The position numbers and the translations under genes are program-made. A stretch of DNA of 64,000 nt, from the NCBI GenBank assembly GCA_964016885.1, contig OZ024751.1, positions 37,386,001-37,450,000 on the forward strand, written 5' to 3'. Origin of the DNA: Eledone cirrhosa (Eukaryota). The notes under the pieces are model-generated. The model saw nothing but the letters and a program-made list of their open reading frames with translations, searched no databases and had not been told where the DNA came from. Numbering within the stretch: the stretch's first letter is position 1; each line of letters opens with the position of its first letter. Positions 56,267 through 64,000 of the stretch are shown in pieces.

Positions 56267-57565
56267 AGGCGTTAGATAGTGCGTGTTTATAGTTTCTTCA
56301 TTTAATTTTTATGAAACATTATTTTGCATGTGTCCCCTCTCCCCTCTCTCTCTCAGGATGTGTGTGCCTCCGTACATAACATTATATAATCGTGCTCTTT
56401 TGAAAACCCTACTCACACTCGAACCTACACACGCACACACACACACACACACACACGAACCTTTGGTCTCTGTTTTGTTAAATCTATTTATCTTCCTGTT
56501 TACCTATCTTTCTAACGTTTGATTTTCGTTCTTTGGTATATTTATTTCTTCTCTCTTTCAATCTTTCACAAACTCCTTCATAATACTTCAACTTCTTGTA
56601 TCCTTCTTTATTTGCGCTCTCTGCCATTGTCTTACACACAGCAACTCACGTTATATATATACATATATATATATACATCTATGTATATCTATATACATTT
56701 TGAAAGGGTACGTCAATGTTTATTTATAAAACTGGTATATATTGTATTTTGTCTGATGAAGGCATACCATAATTTAACATGGTATCCTTGAACTATGTAT
56801 AATAAAGTAAATATGGTTTTATAAATATAGTTTCCATTTGTTAATATCGTATATATCTATATATATATATATTTATATATATATATATATATTTATATAT
56901 ATTACTACAATATCCTGATTTATATATACATGTGGAGAGAGAGAGAGCGAGAGCGAGCGAGAGAGAGAGGGGGGTGTGTGCGTGTGTGTGCGTGTGTCTG
57001 CGTGTGTGTGCGTGCTTGTGTGTGTGTGTGTGTGCGTGCGTGCGTGTGCGTGTACGTATGTGCTCTGATATTGTGTTATTAGTAGCCCTTAAAAGTTAAC
57101 AGGCACACACGCTTTGATAAGAGATCGTAGCTATGTTGTAAGAGAAGGATTATATTAATTAAAAACAAAACAAAATATCCAGCTAGTTATACTATTTTAC
57201 ACAGGGACTCTCTATGTTGTCACTCGTCATGCTGAAATCAGTAGCTAAATCTACTTCAAGTCTTACACCCTACTGTTTTACAAAGCAAAAACAGTACAGT
57301 TGACAATGCAGTGCTAGATATCATCAAATAAACTGTGGTTGGTGGTTTGTGGATCGGTAAGGTTGGAATATCTTTGGTGGTAGTGTTCTGCTCAGTCACG
57401 GCTGACCTGGGGTTAAACAACATATTTGACCCCCCCCCCTCTCTCACTTATACATACGTACACATAAACTCACTAACTCACTCAACTTCCATTCTCCCAA
57501 TCTTTCATACTGTTCTTCCAAAGATCTTTGTACACATTAAACTGATCACCTAGTCCTACTTTCTG

Positions 57566-57654
<89 letters not shown>

Positions 57655-58089
57655 CACGCGCACACATTCATACATACATGTACAAACACCCACATATACT
57701 TACACACGTACATACACACACCCTGACCGTCTAGTCTACTTGGTACATACACATATACACACACACGCTCATATACATACACATACATACACGCACATAT
57801 ACATACAAACATACATACACATACGCACATATACATACCCACATACATATACGCACATATACATACACATACATATACGCACATATATATAGACACATAC
57901 ATATACCCACATATACACACACACACACATACATACATAGACGCACATATACATACACAGATACATGCAAGGTGACCACTAACTCACATCCACACACTCA
58001 CCTTTCTGTCTGTGTGTAAATCATTTCTTACATTCAGACTCTTGTTCCTCAGAGATAATTCCAGTTTGACTGACACACACACACACGCA

Positions 58090-58136
<47 letters not shown>

Positions 58137-58844
58137 CATCTTTCGATTTCTCTCTCTCTCTCTAAAACTATCTTTCTCACGCCCACACATTTTCGCTTCT
58201 ATTTGTCAGTTTCACCACCAATTACAAAAACCATCCCAGAACCAACCCGACCCCTTCTATTCTCCTCTATGTTTCTATCCACCCTCATCACCTACCCCAC
58301 TTTCTCTCCAAACCCCCCGCTGTAATTCTCACAAACACCTCCACCACCACCACCCCCTTCTCCTATCCTTGCCTCACCCCGCTCTCTCATCACTTCCATC
58401 TATTATTCAGTAAACACCTGCTCACCTTTTTTTATTTTATTACCTTAACGATATGACATGTTTAGTTGGACCTTTCAGTTTGGCTCATTTTATCCCATGT
58501 AACAAACACCTTGGTCTGTGGGGGCGTACCAGCCTGTATATATCTGAATATATGTAGGGGATGGAGTGACGAGAGATGCGTTGAAACAGTTAAAGAATGT
58601 TGTTTCTGTTATTGTTATTCCTTTAATGGCCACTAGGGCCTACATATAAGGCACAATATAAAAGACAGTGACAGCGGGGAGGGGGTTTACAATAAAATCG
58701 TGTTAAAACAAATTAACAAAAACAATTAACAATAAAAATGATAACAAAATTCACCAATAGAGGGGAGAACCACCCAGGGACGACTCAGATATCCCACCCA
58801 TCCTGAACCAATCAACGCTTCGAGATATTGTAATTATTATTATT

Positions 58845-59232
58845 TGGATTGGCAGTATCGGTAGAGGGTCGGACGCCATGCTTTGACGCAAAGAGTTACG
58901 GCCCTTGCCATTCTGAGTTCAAATCCCGCCGAGGTTGACTTTGCCTTTCATCCTTACGGAGTCGATAAAATAAAGTACCAGTAATACACTGGTTTATTGC
59001 TGGCTTTGTGCCAATAGTAGAAACAATTATTATTATTATTAAGAGTGGTGGATTGGCAGTATCTGTAGAGGGTCGGACACCGTGCTTTGCGGCATAGAGT
59101 TACGGTCCTTTACGTTTTCAGTTCAAATCCTACCGAGGTTAGCTTTGCCCTTCATCCTTACGGGGTCGATAAAATAAAGTACCAGTAATACACTGGGTAA
59201 TTGCTGGCCTTGTGCCTATAGTAGAAATCATT
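58845..59232 (+). mobile_element. Two tandem SINE family A copies (another 3' end at 59920-59995)
   Basis: A-box, B-box and core present twice. Confidence 0.85.
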
Positions 59233-59404
59233 ATTGTTATAGCCATCATCATTATCCCTGACCACATCATTATCAATAGCCATAATGTTTGTAATCATAT
59301 CATCAACACACTTCCCGCTTACCTGAGTCGTGCGCAGGTAAAGGTGATATATCATTATCTATATCATCAATACCATCACTACAAACAACCTCTGCCCCCT
59401 CCAC

Positions 59405-59772
59405 ACTTCATCATCATCATCACCACCCACACTACCACCATCACTATCATCATCACCACCACCCACACTACCACCATCACTATCATCATCATCATCATCA
59501 CCCACACTACCACCATCACTATCGTGATTGTGAACATCACCATCACCAACACTATCGACATCACCACCACAAACATCACCATCACCAACACTATCATCAT
59601 CATCACCACATCACCATCATCACCATCATCACTATCATCATCACCACCACCACAAACATCACCATCACCAACACTATCATCATCATCACCACATCACCAT
59701 CATCATCATCACCACCACCACCACCACAAACATCACCTTCACCATCACCACCACAAACAACATCATCATCAT
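59405..59772. repeat. (CAT/CAC)n trinucleotide compound repeat
   Basis: Direct inspection. Confidence 0.9.
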
Positions 59773-60096
59773 TCCACCTAGGACCATGACGATGTTCTTC
59801 ATTGTCATTACAAATGTTTACCATCGTACCGTGTCTAACTGGAAAATTAGAGATCTTGAATCCACCACTGAGCGTGGTTATGTGGAGATCTGAAACCTTA
59901 TCTACTTGTCGCCATAGATTATTTGATAAGAAAAAAGTACCAGTAATGCATTGGGTAATTGCGGGCCTTGTGCCAAAAGTAAAAACAATTATTTGATAAG
60001 AAAACATTTCGAAACCAAAAAAAAAAAAGAAATTTTCGAATTTTGTTATATCCAACAAGGTCATACTTCAATACCTGAGGATAGCCAAACAAAGTT

Positions 60097-60263
60097 CCGT
60101 ATTTTCCGGCGTCGAAGACCCTCCTCTTTTTCCTAAAATAAGTTTCAAAAATCTACCACGCGTCCTGGAGGCCGAAGGTTGTTTATTATTTTTTTCAAAG
60201 TTTTGGTTGTCAAAATTAGGGACGACCTCGAAGACGAAGCGTCTTCAGCGCCGGGAAATACGG
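60097..60263. mobile_element. Tc2/pogo-like MITE
   Basis: Imperfect TIRs CCGTATTTTCCGGCGTCGAAGAC / GTCTTCAGCGCCGGGAAATACGG followed by TA; CCGTA termini are typical of Tc2-like elements. Confidence 0.6.
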
Positions 60264-60420
60264 TACTTGGCTAAATATTATATATTCGAAACGTTTATTC
60301 AGAGTAAAGAGAACCTTGCAATCATAAGGTCACGTTAAGCCCATGACGTCGACTGGAAGTCACAATAGATTAAACGTTATTAATAAATTGGGAGATATAG
60401 TAATGTTAATTAAAAAATAA

Positions 60421-60610
60421 GAGTTTCTGATTTAGGCACAAGTCCAACGCTTTTGGGGGAAGGGGAAATCGATTAAATTGACCTCAGTTCTTTAAAAGGA
60501 CTTTATTTTATCGACCCCGTAATGATGAAGAGCAATGGTATCTTCGGCGGGATTTGATCTTAGAACGCAGAGCATGTTATCTGCTGCTCTGCCAATATTG
60601 CAAATCCACC
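60421..60610 (-). mobile_element. SINE family A, diverged
   Basis: TTTATTTTATCGACCCCGTAATGATGAA...GGCGGGATTTGA. Confidence 0.65.
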
Positions 60611-61808
60611 AATTATCAATATTAAAATATATTCTGTATTGAAGTCATCTCTCAATCTCTGTATAAAAATGTTTCTATATACATAGGAGTTTATTTAAAC
60701 GTATGTTTGTACGTATGCAGTTGGAGGTAATAAGCCGAAATATAAGAGTAGTTGTAATAAAAGTATAGATAAATAAGATATATCTATAGAATACACTATA
60801 CAGAGATGACGGTGATGGTGGTTTTGCAAAAGTAGGTTATTTTAGATATAAATAAAAATATTTCTGATAAAGATATTGTAAAAAATATCGTAATTATTTT
60901 CATATTTTTCTCTACAATGAAAAATGTATAGCTACTTTTGTACCCCTCCGTATATACTAGTCATTATGCAAATATTCACACAGAAAAAAGAAGAGATCGA
61001 TGCAATGTCTCCAACAATGTTTATACCTTCGCTTGCTTTCTTCTGTATTCAGTTTACTGATATCCAATATGCCTAAACACATTATTGGATACTTATATAC
61101 ATTTAAATAATACAACTATCCATGCATGCAGAATAGTGTATGCATATGTATACTATTTCACCCATTAAGAAATTCAATCGCTCACGTACACCCATAATAA
61201 CCCATACAAACTATTGACTGATCAAATTACATATATTTTTTTAAACATAAAATCTTCATGAATATACACAAACATTTTGGGGAATATATATATATATATA
61301 ATCAAAAATGTTTGTGTATATTCATAAAGATGTATATATATACATATATATGTGTGTGTGTGTGGGTGGTGTTGGTGTGTGTGTGTGTGAGTGAGTGTGT
61401 GTGTGTGTGTGAGTGTGTATTATTCTGCGTATCTACAAAGTATACACTGTCGTTTCTTTTTACGACAGTCTATATAACGATATACTTCTTGTATATATGT
61501 ATGTAAATTCCACTCTCTCTCTCTCCCAAGAACACCCACCTGCCTCTTTTCTATGCATATATATATATATATATATAAACAAACTATATTGTCATGAAGT
61601 CTTCAGGTCTAGAACTGTTTCAATGAAATAAATGAATTGTAGACTTGTAGGATCCTGTCATTTCTATAGGAAATGTACCTTCTCTAGCAAGATATTGAGT
61701 ACTTCTTTTATGGAGCATTTCAGTTCCTCTTCGGAAAGCTATATCTAATCATCCAAACATGTATATATACGATATACATGTGCTTACTAATATGCCTATA
61801 TATATACA

Positions 61809-61921
<113 letters not shown>

Positions 61922-62708
61922 ATGCATGTATACATGTGTATACAATTGCGTATATATCTACGTAACATCCTATCAATATATTCGTATGTATTTATCTAGA
62001 CATGCTCTTGGTTGAGTTTTCAAATGAATCTAATGAATTGTATTTGCAGATAAATCAATATTTATTTGTTATGCTGCATCAGCAGAAATGGCATTGCATG
62101 GATATCAGGCAGAAATTATAAGTACATTGCATCTCCTCAAACAAAAGCTCCTATGCATATGCTTATACGTGTATATAACAAACAGGCTTCTAACTACGTA
62201 TACATAAACACACACGCATACATATATACAAGTGTGTATCTACGACAATGTATGATTCTGCACACACATACATATTATATACATACTATATAAATAAATA
62301 TAAATATATATATACCGAGAGAGAGAGAGAGAAAAAAGATAGAGAAGAGAGAGAGGGAAAAGTGAGAGAGAGAGGGTTTGAGAGAGACGAATATATGCAT
62401 GTGTATAGATATATATATATATATACATACACACATAAATATATGTATATATACATATTTATATATACAAATACACATAAACACGCAAATTTATACACTC
62501 ACATTTTATGTGTATATATATATATCCACACGCATATCTGATTCTTGTGTATATGCATGTGTATATGTGGTCGTACTGCACTTATTCCCTGTTTGAAATA
62601 CATGTAATGCTACAATGTTTCTATACCGGAGGGTTTGTCAGCCACCTTTGTTACTGACCGATCTTAGACATTTTATCGACACGAGAATCCACTCAACACC
62701 CCCATCCC

Positions 62709-62780
<72 letters not shown>

Positions 62781-63028
62781 ATTTTGTGTACATGTACGCC
62801 ATTATTATTTGGACGTTTATACAAGACTGATTACGCGTTCTATAGTTCTGTAAATTCATAGTGAATAATGCTATATACACACAGTAGAAAATCGGTCAAA
62901 TTCAGTTGGTCAATTCAAGTCACGTATGCAAATGTGTTGCTGGCCGAAGGAAAGAGGATGTCGCAGTTGGGTATAGATACATATTAGTTCCAAATCTTTA
63001 CTTCTGAAGTAAACGGATTCAGTACAAT

Positions 63029-63276
63029 GGTTCTTCTACTTCTTTTCGTATCTTCGAAGCATATGCTTATATGACAGTTTCTCATTTCTTTACACAGTAC
63101 TTTGCATTACTATTAAATTCTGCGAGATCTTTTAAGCTGCACTGGTTGGGTAGTAGAGGGCAAACAAGGCAGTGGTGCATCGTATGGTCCTCCTATCTGC
63201 ATTCGCAGATGGTTGGGCCGGTCTTGTAGCCCCATCTGGCCATAGCAGCTTTTGATCACCCCATTCCTGTTCTCAG
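63029..63276 (-). mobile_element. Ingi/Vingi-like non-LTR retrotransposon 3' fragment (decayed)
   Basis: Minus frame LRTGMG*SKAAMARWGYKTGPTICECR*EDHTMHHCLVCPLLPNQCSLKDLAEFN (CCHC-type C-terminus), ending GATACGAAAAGAAGTAGAAGAA. Confidence 0.6.
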
Positions 63277-63499
63277 GAATGTACAATGGTTAAATACGAT
63301 GTTTATTAATATGAATCGGTGAGTTTCTAGTATTCAGCTATATTGAATATATTCGGCAGGGACCTAGGCAACACTGTGTTTAGTGGTCAGGTCTTTATTC
63401 ATAATATATCGTCTGGCCGTCCAGACATTTAATGTACGATTGTGAAACCATGAAAAACTTTGGTGAGAATATCTGTATGAGTGTTGAATATATATATAT

Positions 63500-63722
63500 A
63501 TAAATTAATAAAAATAATTAATAAAAACAAAGAAACAGTTCCTTATATTAAAAAATTCATCATTTTACGATCGTTTCTAGGTTATATATGCGTGTGCTGG
63601 TATGTATATTATATAGATCTATGTAACATTTTTACAAACTATCAGAGGGAATATACATACCTACACATATATATGCTGCCTTCAGATTGGACGGATTGGA
63701 CACTACCGTATTTTTTGGTGGG

Positions 63723-63727
<5 letters not shown>
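63500..63727 (-). mobile_element. Diverged relative of the 1-12018 PLE pLTR: long-stem-II hammerhead remnant joined to an inverted pLTR end
   Basis: Similar to 1961-2160 (ACGATCGTTTCTAGG, CATACCTA, CTTCAGA). GGATTGGACACTACCGTA follows on the opposite strand; (TA)n flanks. Confidence 0.75.
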
Positions 63728-63766
<39 letters not shown>

Positions 63767-64000
63767 ATATCTATAGATATATATATGTGTATGTGTATAT
63801 ATATATGTGTGTGTATATATATATATATATGTATACGTATATATATGTATATATATATGTATATATATGTATATATATATGTATATATATGTATATATAT
63901 ATATATATATGTCTATATATGTGTATATATATATATATATGAGAAAACAGGGAGAAAGAGACGATTATTAGGAAGAAAAATATATTTTTTTCCTTTTTTA

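Overview
This is AT-rich, microsatellite-saturated animal (eukaryotic) DNA with no recognisable host gene. The SINE/LINE repertoire resembles an octopus-type cephalopod genome (inference). Bases 1-12018 are a young, near-identical tandem plus inverted array of a Naiad-type Penelope-like retroelement (PLE). It encodes RT plus a C-terminal GIY-YIG endonuclease (about 813 aa reconstructed). It has a ~3.3 kb microsatellite-laden 3' region and a hammerhead ribozyme (HHR) whose stem II is a 116-nt rod. The rest of the window holds many short elements embedded in (TA)n tracts. These carry type I hammerheads from several unrelated families, often as fold-back palindromes, plus one candidate hammerhead whose three strands are in a non-circularly permuted order (45712-45784). 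Also present are tRNA-derived SINEs, an internally deleted RTE derivative, an Ingi/Vingi-like 3' fragment, LINE 3' ends with (TATC)n tails, two MITEs and a 2.9 kb minisatellite. Almost all long ORFs in the ORF track are microsatellite translation artefacts. All RNA folds were assigned by eye and need computational and experimental confirmation.
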